Source: Barthelona sp. PCE
Taxonomy: Eukaryota
DNA length: 64,000 nt
Assembly: GCA_040285745.1 (NCBI GenBank)
Contig: JAUFOR010000008.1
Coordinates: 186,001 to 250,000 of the forward strand
Direction: 5' to 3'
The notes below the pieces were generated by a model. The model made no database searches. It was not told the origin of the DNA and saw nothing but the letters and a program-made list of their open reading frames with translations. The stretch's first letter is position 1. The number at the start of each line of letters is the position of its first letter. Positions 11,312 through 22,127 of this stretch are shown here, one piece after another. A program made the position numbers and the translations under genes.

Positions 11312-12400
11312 CTAATTGTTTTTCTGATAGAAATCTGAATACCGTTCAAAACGATTCAAAAAACTTTCAAACAAAAACTCATTAGCCTGGAAATCAAATT
11401 TGATTTGATCATTAAACAGCATTTCTCGTTCATGCAAAAATGCTACAAATTCAACTTGATCTTTTTGATTGATGTAATTGATAGCTACTATTTTAAATAT
11501 TGATGTTGATTTAAAAAATTGTTTGCTCTCTAAATGAAAACAATAAAAATCATTATTCAGATAACTAAAAACACTTACATAATCATAAATATATGCATTA
11601 TATTTGTAATTTGGCATTATTCCCAACTGTTTTAAAGAATAATCTTCCTTTATGTCAAAAATATAAAGATTGTTAGTGCTAGATACAGCTGTCAATAAAT
11701 GGAAATCATCATTACAACTGATGTGCACCAACCGTTCGTCTACGCAATGCTTTGACCGCATCTGCTTTTCTACAAGGTCATATATCAGTATGCAACCTTC
11801 AATATCACAGACTGCAATATGCAAGCCATCTTTTGGTCTACAAATACTGACAATAGACTCGTTTGATATCTTTGGGAGGGTGTGAACCTCACCAATAATA
11901 GCATTGAATACCTTTATAACACCATGTTCGAAACCTACAACAAAAAACTGTGAAGGTAAACAACAAAACGATTTTGGTAATAGTTTAAAGACATCCATAC
12001 TGAAATTTGCACGTAAAATCAGGTCAAAATCAAAAATAAGAACCTGGCCTGTGGTACTAACTAATACAACAGCATCAGTTAAAAACCCTGATAAAAAAAT
12101 ATCTTGATCAAGGACTATACTACACTTTACGTTTGGTTGGGCGTCTAGGCTGGAAAATGTATCGCGTGAACTCAAATCATAGAGCCTCGTTACACGATTC
12201 TTGTCGCAAACTACAAAAATTTTGCAATCAAAGGATAATGCACAGCAAGACACGAACGCATCTGGACCCTTTATGTTGAACGGAAAGAGTTCACGTCCAA
12301 CTTCTTCTAAAACTAGAGATGCAAGTAAAAAGTTTGGGTAAACACGAAATCTGCGTGAATCCACATTACTGTTGTTGTTTCCTAACAAAAATGACACGAT
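11312..12400 (-). CDS. Divergent WD40-like protein, 5' end unresolved
   Basis: Long ORF with LYDL/IYDL/IFDI blade ends; no ATG for the first ~130 codons. Confidence 0.5.
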   Translation of the reverse strand: MVSFLLGNNNSNVDSRRFRVYPNFLLASLVLEEVGRELFPFNIKGPDAFVSCCALSFDCKIFVVCDKNRVTRLYDLSSRDTFSSLDAQPNVKCSIVLDQDIFLSGFLTDAVVLVSTTGQVLIFDFDLILRANFSMDVFKLLPKSFCCLPSQFFVVGFEHGVIKVFNAIIGEVHTLPKISNESIVSICRPKDGLHIAVCDIEGCILIYDLVEKQMRSKHCVDERLVHISCNDDFHLLTAVSSTNNLYIFDIKEDYSLKQLGIMPNYKYNAYIYDYVSVFSYLNNDFYCFHLESKQFFKSTSIFKIVAINYINQKDQVEFVAFLHEREMLFNDQIKFDFQANEFLFESFLNRFERYSDFYQKNN

Positions 12401-13412
12401 CTACACCGGAAAAATAAGAATAAGGGAAAGATAACAAATAACACACCTCTTTTCAAGTCTCTTTTTTGTAGCACTACTCTTTCCTGAACTTAGGAGGTGG
12501 TTAAAGCGACTATCTTCTCTATTTATCCAGAATATCTTCATCTTACAACCTTGAAACAGAATAGAATCCGTCAGTTCACGTTCTCATTTTAGTAAAGTTT
12601 TAATGTACTTTTGTTCATCTACATCCATATTTACATGTGTCAAACCTTTTACAATCTCATTTATGACTCAGTCACAAATTCTTTCATTACTGGACTAAAT
12701 TGATATGAATATGAGCTTCAATATGTGAACTTCTGCATATTAAGCAAAATAAAAACTTACAAATCTGCTATTACAGCGAAAAAAACGAAAAACGGAACAT
12801 TGATTGAAATTGTTACAACACTGCAAGTACACTTGCGTTTAACAGTGAAATATCATTGCCAACCTTAATTAAGTTCCATAAAATATTGTGCCGAATGAAT
12901 AAAAAAGTACATCTAGTTAGTGAGACCTTAAGGTAATTTTCGTTGTGGAATACACTGAGTATATAGATTAAAATCCCGAATATGCATAAAGCTGTACAAA
13001 CATTTCAAGTGCACTGATTAAAAATTCTGAAAGAGTTACATATGATATTCACATCATATTATGTAGATTACAACAACAAAATGACATATAAAACTTCAAA
13101 CAGCTATTGATTAGACCTTTAAAACTTTAGAAAATGCATTTCCAAATTTCTTTTCTTTCACAATTTACAACTCCTGTACATCCTCTTTGAAATTTAAAGG
13201 ATAATAACGGGTGGATGGGGCATATTTGTTGCATTCAGAACAACCCTTTCAAAACTTAATATTTTTCTCTTTCGTTCCCTTAAATATAGGGCCTGTTTCC
13301 ACGTGAGATGTGAATTGCTCCTGTTTTCGTGCAATAAGCTTGATAAAAAGAGAAAAGCAACATACTAACTCTGATTTTTTTCCATTGCAATCCATTTCTC
13401 TTTTATACCAAG

Positions 13413-14237
13413 ATGGAATATATAGAACAGCCCAGCACAACACAGGTGACCATCAATACACAACGATGGCACATAAAAAGATACGGTAGAGGAAAAACTG
13501 CATATTTGGGGCTACATGGTTGGGCAGGTTCCCACAAGACATTTGAACCGTTCGTACAGCAGTATCTACCCCCGGATTCGACCTTCTTCGCGGTTGACAT
13601 GCCTGGATATGGGAAGAGTACATTTGCGAAGAATACACCTACGACAATTTATAATTTGGCGAAATCTCTCGCTGTAATAATTGAAAGACTATGTGCAATG
13701 TATAATATTCCTGTAATCACGGTGGTGGGGTACTGCGCTGGTGCTGAGCTGGTTCTGTTTCTGGCTGAACATCTGGGAGACCGTGTTGAAAGATACGTTC
13801 TCCTTGAGGCCTTTACTTATGTTCCGGGATATTGGAGCTTCTTAGGGCAGACCTCTTGCGGCAACTGTGTATATCGCTTTTTGTTCGAAAACGGGTGTGG
13901 ACAATGGTTAATGAGCAGATTCGTTGCTCAAGCTGATCCCAACACATCAATGAGGGACTGGTTCAGCCAACTTGATGGTGACACTACGTTTCTGTGGTTG
14001 CAGATGCTTACAGACAAGGGATATATGAACACGGATAGGCTCATGGTACTAAAGACCGTGTTGGAATCGAAAAAAATTGATATCACATTTGGTACGAATT
14101 CTTTCAGTGATATTAAACACTCTGCTTATCTTTTTGCGGCTGTGTTCCCAAATGTGAGGTTGCATGAGATTGAATCAGGCCATTATCCGTTAATTGAGAA
14201 TGCAATTGTTATTGCTGATATTTTGTTCAGCCTATAG
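13413..14237 (+). CDS. Alpha/beta hydrolase with Cys nucleophile elbow
   Basis: LHGWAG, DMPGYGKS, GYCAG, SGHYP. Confidence 0.85.
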   Translation: MEYIEQPSTTQVTINTQRWHIKRYGRGKTAYLGLHGWAGSHKTFEPFVQQYLPPDSTFFAVDMPGYGKSTFAKNTPTTIYNLAKSLAVIIERLCAMYNIPVITVVGYCAGAELVLFLAEHLGDRVERYVLLEAFTYVPGYWSFLGQTSCGNCVYRFLFENGCGQWLMSRFVAQADPNTSMRDWFSQLDGDTTFLWLQMLTDKGYMNTDRLMVLKTVLESKKIDITFGTNSFSDIKHSAYLFAAVFPNVRLHEIESGHYPLIENAIVIADILFSL

Positions 14238-14390
14238 GTGAGTTAAATACATATTCCCGTTAGTAAATGACACACAGTACTCTTCAATTTGTTATTGTAA
14301 TGGTCAATTGCAATTGAAGAAGTGTTTTGCTTTTTAAACTCCTCTTCTCTTTATCCCCTTTTTTTTTTCATTCATAATAACCTTTGCACA

Positions 14391-15398
14391 ATGAACCAAA
14401 CCCCAAGAATGAGTATATTCGTTCTTACATGTCTTTCAATGCTTGTATTTTCGTATTCGTGTGATTACGGATCTGCCGGTCCAGTCGACTCTGTTTCTGT
14501 TGGTGGGTCAAATTGTATGAAGTTCAATTTCTGGAATTTTAACTCCTATACCTCAAAAACAATGACTTTTAATCATTTGACTACTTCTACATCCAATCAT
14601 GTTGTATTACGCATGACAAGCATAGACCTTAACGTCCAGTCTAACTCTTACTCATACACAAACAGTGAGTGCTCAACTTCATCAAGCTATATCTACTTTG
14701 ACTATGGTAAGCGTCTTTGTGGTACCCCAGGAACGTTCTATGTCATTGATCCTTCCTCTCTGACTTTCAGAACTAATGGCCGCTCCACATCTAAATTTTA
14801 CATGTATTACACCATCGTCGAAGCTTCCGACGTATACAACACCAGTTCTAAATACGGACCTGTTGTGGATACCCCCTGGGGTATGGTCAACACCGTCGAC
14901 ATGGCCATGATGGATCAGTTCGTTACAGACAAGACCTCAGAAGAAACCGGCTTCATTGTTATCATTATTGTTCTCGTTGTCATTGTTGTCGCCGCCTTTA
15001 TGGTCGCTACACGCGTTCTTGTTAAGAAGGGTTACCTCATCCGCACCGGTTCTAATCGCCGTGGTGGTAACACATACACTTGTAATCCGGATAAGCCTTG
15101 TTGTGGTGGTGGTAGTGGTAGCGGATCTGGTTTTGTTGGCAACGTTGGACCCGCACCAGGTGGCGTTTCTTCAGCTACTCCCTTTGGTGGTCAACCAATG
15201 ATGCAACCTTCCATGCAACCTAACCCTATGATGCAGCCCAACCCTATGATGCAACCTAACCCTATGATGCAACCCAACCCTATGATGCAGCCTAACCCTA
15301 TGATGCAACCCACAATGCAGCCTGCTATGCAGCCTATGATGCAGCCTATGCCCACATATTCTCAAACTACTCCAGGATATAACCCAGGTACATATTAA
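14391..15398 (+). CDS. Type I membrane protein with CUB-like ectodomain and MMQPNP-repeat tail
   Basis: Signal peptide, RLCG...LTFRTN, one TM helix, Gly/Pro/Gln-rich tail. Confidence 0.7.
   Translation: MNQTPRMSIFVLTCLSMLVFSYSCDYGSAGPVDSVSVGGSNCMKFNFWNFNSYTSKTMTFNHLTTSTSNHVVLRMTSIDLNVQSNSYSYTNSECSTSSSYIYFDYGKRLCGTPGTFYVIDPSSLTFRTNGRSTSKFYMYYTIVEASDVYNTSSKYGPVVDTPWGMVNTVDMAMMDQFVTDKTSEETGFIVIIIVLVVIVVAAFMVATRVLVKKGYLIRTGSNRRGGNTYTCNPDKPCCGGGSGSGSGFVGNVGPAPGGVSSATPFGGQPMMQPSMQPNPMMQPNPMMQPNPMMQPNPMMQPNPMMQPTMQPAMQPMMQPMPTYSQTTPGYNPGTY
15201..15353 (+). repeat. Coding 18-bp tandem repeat (MMQPNP)
   Basis: ATGATGCARCCYAACCCT repeated directly. Confidence 0.9.
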
Positions 15399-15632
15399 AT
15401 GCAAATAAATCCCACATTTGGTGTTGACGTAAAGATATTTCGAAAATAGAAAAACTTGAAATCTGAGCTCAAACAAAACTTATGTATGCAACAGTAAAAA
15501 TAATGCTTCTTCGCAGGCAGGTACTCACATGTGCGTGGAAATGCCAGCGGAAAACAATTTCTGAGCTAGACGTCTTGTCAAACCATTTATACCCATTCTT
15601 CAACATTTTTTACAAAGCAGCGATCGATTTCG

Positions 15633-18497
15633 ATGCTGTCACGAAACAAGACTTTTAAAGGGTACTTCAGTCTGGGCATTTCATCGATCAGCAGGCTCAA
15701 TGTATCTAACTCCATGGTCTATGTTCAATGGGAGAGGGGAAAGCGAAACCATGGCTCAACAAAGCACGTATTTCACAAGGACAGCAAGAGTATAAGCAAA
15801 TGGAGTTATTCCTCTGAACCATTTGAATGTACTATAAAGCGGAGCCAAGAATTACAGTACAGACCTAAGATCCTCAAGCTAACTCTCTACAGGGTGTCAG
15901 ACACACTTAACAAGCCTGATAGAATGGCAGAATGCGAAGTCAACATTGCAGAGTTTGTGAACCAGGGCACACGTACAATTGATGTTGCACTACAGTCCAC
16001 CTCGCACGAGATCAGGGCTCCGCCGTCGCTGAGAATAATGATAACTGCTCCATCGGACCCACGGATGCCCGCATCGTCTAATTTTGGACAGATGTCTAAG
16101 ATAAACCTCAATCATGGCTTCGCAAGTCTGAATCTGAGCGAGTTTAACTCAGAAATGTCGTGTTCGGAGTACGAACAGCCAAAAGTTGAAACCGATGCTG
16201 TTTCAGTCGCATCAAGCCGAGCAAGTAGAGCAAGTAAGTTCAGTAGGGGTAGTCGTATCAGCTACACGCCAACTGCCGCATCGGAGCACAAGGAGAAGAC
16301 ACGAAAGCGCAACGTCTCACTCCCAAAACCGTCCCTGAACGTAGTTGAACGATTCACATTCAACCAGGGTATATACGAGGACGAGGACGATGAGGACGAA
16401 TGTGAAAACGATGTGGAGCCGGAGAACTATCTCGTTGAACCCAACGCAATGAACCGCAGCGTGTCGTTTCTAACTGACGAGACACGCATGTCGATCCTCA
16501 ACTCAATGGATCTGAGCAGTCTCAAGACGACGACTGTGCGTGCCTCTGAGGTGGAGGAAGCGGAGGTAGACGAGTCCGTCATCGAGACAGCGATGCAGGT
16601 GGAGAGAATTGACTTCCCCGTTATACAGGAAGAGGATTTTGATGAATTTCTGTCTGTATCTTCGGACAACAGCCTGTGTATAAGCGAAGTCGAGCCAGTG
16701 GCGGAGCCAGTTGAGTCACCTGTATTTGACGCGCTGCAGCTCAACAGTCCCATACAATCACCACATGATCATACTGTGCAGTCGATCGTAAGCATTGCAA
16801 CAGACGACATGGACGCCGACGTGGAGACTAGCGGGGCGGCCAACACTTCGCACTTCATTCCCAACAATGTAAGCTACACAATGAGCGATCTCGAGTGTGA
16901 CGACCTGTCCAATATCGATACCGACTCCATTGCATCATCTATTGAAGTACAAGACCCTGCATCTTCCTCGGAGGAGGTTCAGCAGGAAGCGGTGCCCTTT
17001 ATCTTCCCGAACAATGCTGAGTACCTCAAAAGGAAGCGATTCAGCGTACAGTTCCCCATCATCAACAATGTTGGTGAAAGGAGCGTGTCTCCGTCTGAAA
17101 ACAAGGCGTCTTACATCGAGATGCTGAAGAAGAAGGAGTCGGAGATCAGTCTACTGGAGCAAAAGCTGAGAAAATTTCAGCTGCTGGAGAACGAGCGTGT
17201 TCTCATTGATTTCATGCACGACAACAGTCACGGGACGAAAGATGGAACAAGCATCCTTGCTGGTGTGATTTGGCACTACTTTTTAGCCTGGGACGTCTTC
17301 AAAGCAAACAGTGAGCACACACACTTACCACTGCGAATTTATAAGGTTATGGTGGAGTTTATCCAGCGCGAGACCCACCTGCAAGATGTAGAGAGCATTG
17401 TTTACTTCATGTACACCACTCTTACGCTCACACAACTATGTGCCCTCCGTTTACTGCAGCTCATAAGGAAATCAAAGCAAACTGTATACTCGCAGGTGCT
17501 GCGTAATGTCATACATGACTGTAGCGCGCTACTAAACACGAATTATGTATGTTTAGTTGATTTCGAAGCAGACCATGCGGAAGCTACATATTTTAGTTGT
17601 TTTCAGCACGAATCGATAGCATACGTGTCGATCGATAGGTGTGGTCGCTGTATGGATCTCTGCAGGGAACTCTCTGAATGTGGCTCCGAAGATGCCACTC
17701 ACGAACTTTTGTCTCTTTCTCTGTTCTTCCACCATATGAAGGCCACGGCTGCGCTGTGCTGGAAGAACTTTGTTGGTATTTTCGATAATAAGTGCAAAAA
17801 CCTTGTGTCTCCACTCCATCTTCGAGTCTTTGATCAGATGAATCCTTGCACGAGAGAGGACGGTACAGCTGTCAAGAGCTCAGTCATATCTCTGCTACAC
17901 GATGCCGTGAAGCCGTTCAATGACCTGAGGCTGCCTCCGGCGCTAACAATGAGAATGGTCGAAAGTGTGCTGCACTGTTATGCACACCGCATTTGTGAGC
18001 TGTTCGTACAGTGCACTAATACGCAGAACCTGTGCCACTTCATGGAGGGGTTTGCCCTGCGCTTCTTGTGCAGTGGTATTGAAGATCTTATACGAGACAA
18101 ACAACAGTCATTTGTCATGGACACTGATACAGAAGACGAAGAAGAGAAAGCTCAGGGTCAGTTCAACGTCGCATGCCTTGAGCCAATGATGCAGCTTGGT
18201 GGTCTCCTAATGATTCCCAAATCTAGTCTTCTTGAAGGAGATGTACTATCAGAATTCATCGAGGCGTTGCCTTCAGGTTTAATAGTGGCCATTCTACAGA
18301 ACTTTGCGCCTGATATGATGGACAGAGTTGGTGTCGAACCAGAAGTTTTAGTGTCTTTAACTAAGGCTTTAAAGGCAGCACCTTGTAAGTCAATGGAAAC
18401 ACAAATTCTATCCATCGAGATGCAGCCTCACATATCGGTAACGTACATTAACGAAAACATCATCCCTACACATTTAAAAACTCGCATCTGTCAATAA
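15633..18497 (+). CDS. NT-C2 domain protein with C-terminal Dilute-like domain
   Basis: VYVQWERGKRNHGST...VNIAEF at N-terminus; GFALRF...ILQNFAPD at C-terminus. Confidence 0.7.
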   Translation: MLSRNKTFKGYFSLGISSISRLNVSNSMVYVQWERGKRNHGSTKHVFHKDSKSISKWSYSSEPFECTIKRSQELQYRPKILKLTLYRVSDTLNKPDRMAECEVNIAEFVNQGTRTIDVALQSTSHEIRAPPSLRIMITAPSDPRMPASSNFGQMSKINLNHGFASLNLSEFNSEMSCSEYEQPKVETDAVSVASSRASRASKFSRGSRISYTPTAASEHKEKTRKRNVSLPKPSLNVVERFTFNQGIYEDEDDEDECENDVEPENYLVEPNAMNRSVSFLTDETRMSILNSMDLSSLKTTTVRASEVEEAEVDESVIETAMQVERIDFPVIQEEDFDEFLSVSSDNSLCISEVEPVAEPVESPVFDALQLNSPIQSPHDHTVQSIVSIATDDMDADVETSGAANTSHFIPNNVSYTMSDLECDDLSNIDTDSIASSIEVQDPASSSEEVQQEAVPFIFPNNAEYLKRKRFSVQFPIINNVGERSVSPSENKASYIEMLKKKESEISLLEQKLRKFQLLENERVLIDFMHDNSHGTKDGTSILAGVIWHYFLAWDVFKANSEHTHLPLRIYKVMVEFIQRETHLQDVESIVYFMYTTLTLTQLCALRLLQLIRKSKQTVYSQVLRNVIHDCSALLNTNYVCLVDFEADHAEATYFSCFQHESIAYVSIDRCGRCMDLCRELSECGSEDATHELLSLSLFFHHMKATAALCWKNFVGIFDNKCKNLVSPLHLRVFDQMNPCTREDGTAVKSSVISLLHDAVKPFNDLRLPPALTMRMVESVLHCYAHRICELFVQCTNTQNLCHFMEGFALRFLCSGIEDLIRDKQQSFVMDTDTEDEEEKAQGQFNVACLEPMMQLGGLLMIPKSSLLEGDVLSEFIEALPSGLIVAILQNFAPDMMDRVGVEPEVLVSLTKALKAAPCKSMETQILSIEMQPHISVTYINENIIPTHLKTRICQ

Positions 18498-18514
18498 AAA
18501 AATAGTTGAATTTA

Positions 18515-20345
18515 TTAGTTCAAAATTGCTCCAAAAAGTTCATTAGCAGCTACACTAACCAGATTATCACTGTCACTCAAACAACCCTTAAGAGCTGGCA
18601 CTACCTGAGAAGCTAAAACGTTCTCAGGAATACACTGTGCCTTGTACATCTCATCGAGTAAACTAATTGTCTTTGCGCGAATATTGGGAATCTTATCATT
18701 AATGGCAGTGAATAGTACAGGGAGAACAGTTGTTGCTGTAACTCTGGGATCGAGAACTTTGCCTACTTCAACAATAGCACTATACACATTCATACGATAT
18801 AGATAGAAAGAAGAATTGGTCAAATCTAATAACAAGGGGAGCATTGTAGTAAGGCCCCATTCGCTACCAAAGTACTTGAGCAGCTCTGCAGTGATTTGAA
18901 CACCAGTCTCTCGAACAATTGCAACCTTGTCAACAAGAAGCGTCTGGTACACCTCGCTGAGTGTATGTGAGAAGTACTGTTCGCCAAATACATTGGCCAG
19001 TTTTGCGATTTCAAGGAAGAGAGAGTGACGAATACGCCATTTTGGGCACTTTTTCAAGCCAGAGATGCAGGGACCCAACGGGGTCTTCACGACATCTGTG
19101 CCAACAGTATCAACAAGAACATATATATTGGCGACAACAGCAAGCCTGACCTCAGGCGCATCGCACTGTAACAACTTCAAAACCTTGGGCAACAAAGAAG
19201 TTCTGCATTTCTGGACAGATAACTTGCTGCTTAGTAACACTACAACCTTTGCCATAGCCACATACACCTTCCAGAAATCTGGACCAGGGGTCTCTGAGAC
19301 CTCGGTGGGGAGCTCTTTCAGGTTGGGAACAATGTGGGCATCGATAGCCTCGGGGGAGAGGTGATCGCATACTGATAACAAGTGCTCGTGTGTGATAATG
19401 TGCACTTCTGGCTCTGTGTCCAGAAGCAGCGTGACAAATACGGGAAGAATACTTTCATAAAAGGCGCTTGGCAGAAATTTTCCCAAAATTCCAAAGGATT
19501 TGCCCAGTGCGAATCTAATACGCCAAGCAGTGTTCTTAAGAAGCTCAACGGTTGTCTCCACAACCCACTCGAAGGCGGGGTTACGTAAGGCAACAGGATA
19601 CTCGTTGTAACTTGCCATCTTAGCAATGGCCACCACTGCATCGAAGCTTTTAATCGCGACAGTGATAGTCTCATCTTTTGCCAGGTTTGTGATAAGGGGG
19701 GAGCATGTGCTGAACATAACATCCGCATTAATGGCACCAAGCACCTCGATTAATTTTGGTAACATGGTGGCAGCGGACTTTCTAACCATTGGAGATTCAT
19801 CAGAACAAAGCTTTGAGATCATACCCAACAACGACATCTGGTCTGCGCTCGTGAATTTTGAAAAAACAGATGCAAAAAGAAGTGAACTGGTTGCTCTGTT
19901 GACATACCATTTTGACTCAACAAGACGCTCGATAAGAGGTAAAAAGTGCTCTCTGATGGCGGCGCTGTCGAGCTGAACACCTAACTTACACAGTGAATTA
20001 GCTGCAACAATGCGAACGCTCTCTTCTTCTAACAAAGCTAATTTCTCAAGAACGGTAATGATCTTTGGGATGTGTGCTGGGCCTCCTACGTATTCTGTGA
20101 AGTCTCCAAGCTGTTCAGCAAGCGCTGCCAAGACTTCTTCGTTGATGTCCTCGGTTTTTTCTAGGTGTTAGGTATTCTTGCATTAAATTTCGTTGCATAC
20201 CATGTAGGAACGGCAGGAACTCTGTGCGAGTACGTGAAGCGCCTAAAGCCAAACTAATTGCCGAGATTTTCTTTACGGCATTAAGACGCAATCTGTAGTC
20301 CTCGTGATGAAGCTCGCTAATGAGGATTTGCAGTGGGTGAGTCAT
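18515..20345 (-). CDS. PPP2R1A: PP2A scaffold A subunit; exons 20345-20201 and 20160-18515
   Basis: [15 protein letters not shown] joins in frame to [12 protein letters not shown] after removing a 40-nt intron; HEAT repeats (PMVR, WRIR). Confidence 0.93.
20161..20200 (-). other. 40-nt spliceosomal intron
   Basis: GTATGC...CCTAACACCTAG; removal restores [12 protein letters not shown]. Confidence 0.92.
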
Positions 20346-20778
20346 CGACAATGAAATGGATTGTCAGAAAGGGGTTAAAACGGAAAACATTCAATGAAAC
20401 TAAAACGTTGCAGTCTTTTGCTGCTGCGCATTGAAGCTGGAGGTCGAAACGTCTCTGTGACAACAGAGACATAACATATCGTTTCCATATAACAATAGTA
20501 ATGCTGCCTGCGTTTCAGTTTTCGCTTGTGCCCCACGTATGATCAATATCGAAGCTAAAACTTGGTTGTATTGGTCAATATGTCCGTTTACACCACAAAC
20601 AGTGTGATAAGCCAACGGCTAATGATTAGAAAACGTTGTGGTTCACATAACTCATTCGACTACAAAAACAAACTCACCAAGTGTAAAACATGACTACATC
20701 CCCTATTTACTGACAAAAACATCAAAGTAACGAAAAAAATACTCATAATTTCTTTTTCCCCTTTTCTACAACTTTTAA

Positions 20779-22104
20779 ATGCCGAAGAAGAACAAGAAGC
20801 AGAAGAGAGGGCCTATAGGGCGCACTTTGGTTAAACAGATGTATTCCAAAAAACCACGACCACAGAAAAACAGTGAATTTAAGTTCGTACACTCAACAGA
20901 AACTGTTTCAAGAGGTGAAAAAGCTGCACGCAACCTGGAGAGTATCATTGAGCAAAATGATCTTGAGCAATTCTTCCAAGCTGCCCAGGCTCAAGCTCGT
21001 GACTTTGCAGCTACTCATAAATCAAACATTGTTCTTACATCAACAGCAAGGGCAATTGAGACCGTCTACGATCCCACAGTTGATCAGCCTTTCCTACACA
21101 CAAAGCTTCCGATACCAACCCGACCAGAGTGGAACAGAAACCAGACTAAAGCCCAGATCAGAGAGAATGAGGGTAACGTGTACCTGAACTGGCGAAGAGA
21201 ATTAGCAGATATTGAAAAAGAAACAAAGTACACAATGGCCCCTTTCGAGAAGAATATCTTGGTTTGGCAACAGCTATGGCGTGTTGTTGAGAAGTCACAT
21301 GTCATCGTGCAGATCGTCGACGTGAGAGAGCCGCTTTTCTATTTCAGTCAGGCACTGCACGAGTACTGCGGTACCTTCTCGCTGAGTTCGACTGACACAT
21401 CAGGTTTTAACGAACAACTATTGGTACCTGAGGAGAAAGATGGGCCCAAGTCAACCATTGTGATGCTGAACAAGTGCGATCTCGTACCGGAAGAAGTATC
21501 TGCAGCCATCGAGAACTATTTCCGTTCAAAAGGTGTTGAAACCATTCGTTATTCGGCCAAGGACGAGACAGGTATGTACAAGGATATGTTCCTCAACTTT
21601 GTTGACAACAAGCGTGTTGAATACGAGCTGGAAAAGATCCATATTGGGTTCGTCGGCTTCCCTAACGTTGGTAAATCTTCCGTCATCAACAACCTATACG
21701 GCGAGAAGGTTGTAGCGATCTCGGCGCAACCAGGCAAAACAAAGCACTTCCAGTCTGGTGTCTTTACCGACGTGATCCGGTTCTACGATTGTCCTGGGCT
21801 GGTTTTCCCTAAACTCACATTGAACAAGTCATATCTTGTGCTGTATGGTGTGCTCTCCGCTGATAAAGTCAGGGACTACAGATCACCGTGCGAGCTCATC
21901 ACACATCTCGTGGAGAAATCTGAGCTTGAACGGATTTATCACATTACAATCGAAGAAGATGGTCATGGTCCCCTACTAATGGCGATTGCTGTGTCACACT
22001 CATGGTTTTCACACGGTGCCAAACCCAACGAGGGTAAGGCTGCGCGTGTTGTAATGAAAGACTGGAACTCTGGCATCATTCCTCACTGGACTATTCCTCA
22101 GTAA
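20779..22104 (+). CDS. LSG1: Large-subunit GTPase 1
   Basis: PFEKNILVWQQLWRVVE, NKCD, GFPNVGKSS, PGKTKHFQ, DCPGLVFP. Confidence 0.95.
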   Translation: MPKKNKKQKRGPIGRTLVKQMYSKKPRPQKNSEFKFVHSTETVSRGEKAARNLESIIEQNDLEQFFQAAQAQARDFAATHKSNIVLTSTARAIETVYDPTVDQPFLHTKLPIPTRPEWNRNQTKAQIRENEGNVYLNWRRELADIEKETKYTMAPFEKNILVWQQLWRVVEKSHVIVQIVDVREPLFYFSQALHEYCGTFSLSSTDTSGFNEQLLVPEEKDGPKSTIVMLNKCDLVPEEVSAAIENYFRSKGVETIRYSAKDETGMYKDMFLNFVDNKRVEYELEKIHIGFVGFPNVGKSSVINNLYGEKVVAISAQPGKTKHFQSGVFTDVIRFYDCPGLVFPKLTLNKSYLVLYGVLSADKVRDYRSPCELITHLVEKSELERIYHITIEEDGHGPLLMAIAVSHSWFSHGAKPNEGKAARVVMKDWNSGIIPHWTIPQ

Positions 22105-22127
22105 AACAAATTAGAAATCTTATTTAT

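Noticed and set aside
20452-20471. Hairpin GTCTCTGT-GACA-ACAGAGAC between divergent genes
   Set aside because: Isolated 8-bp stem with no further support
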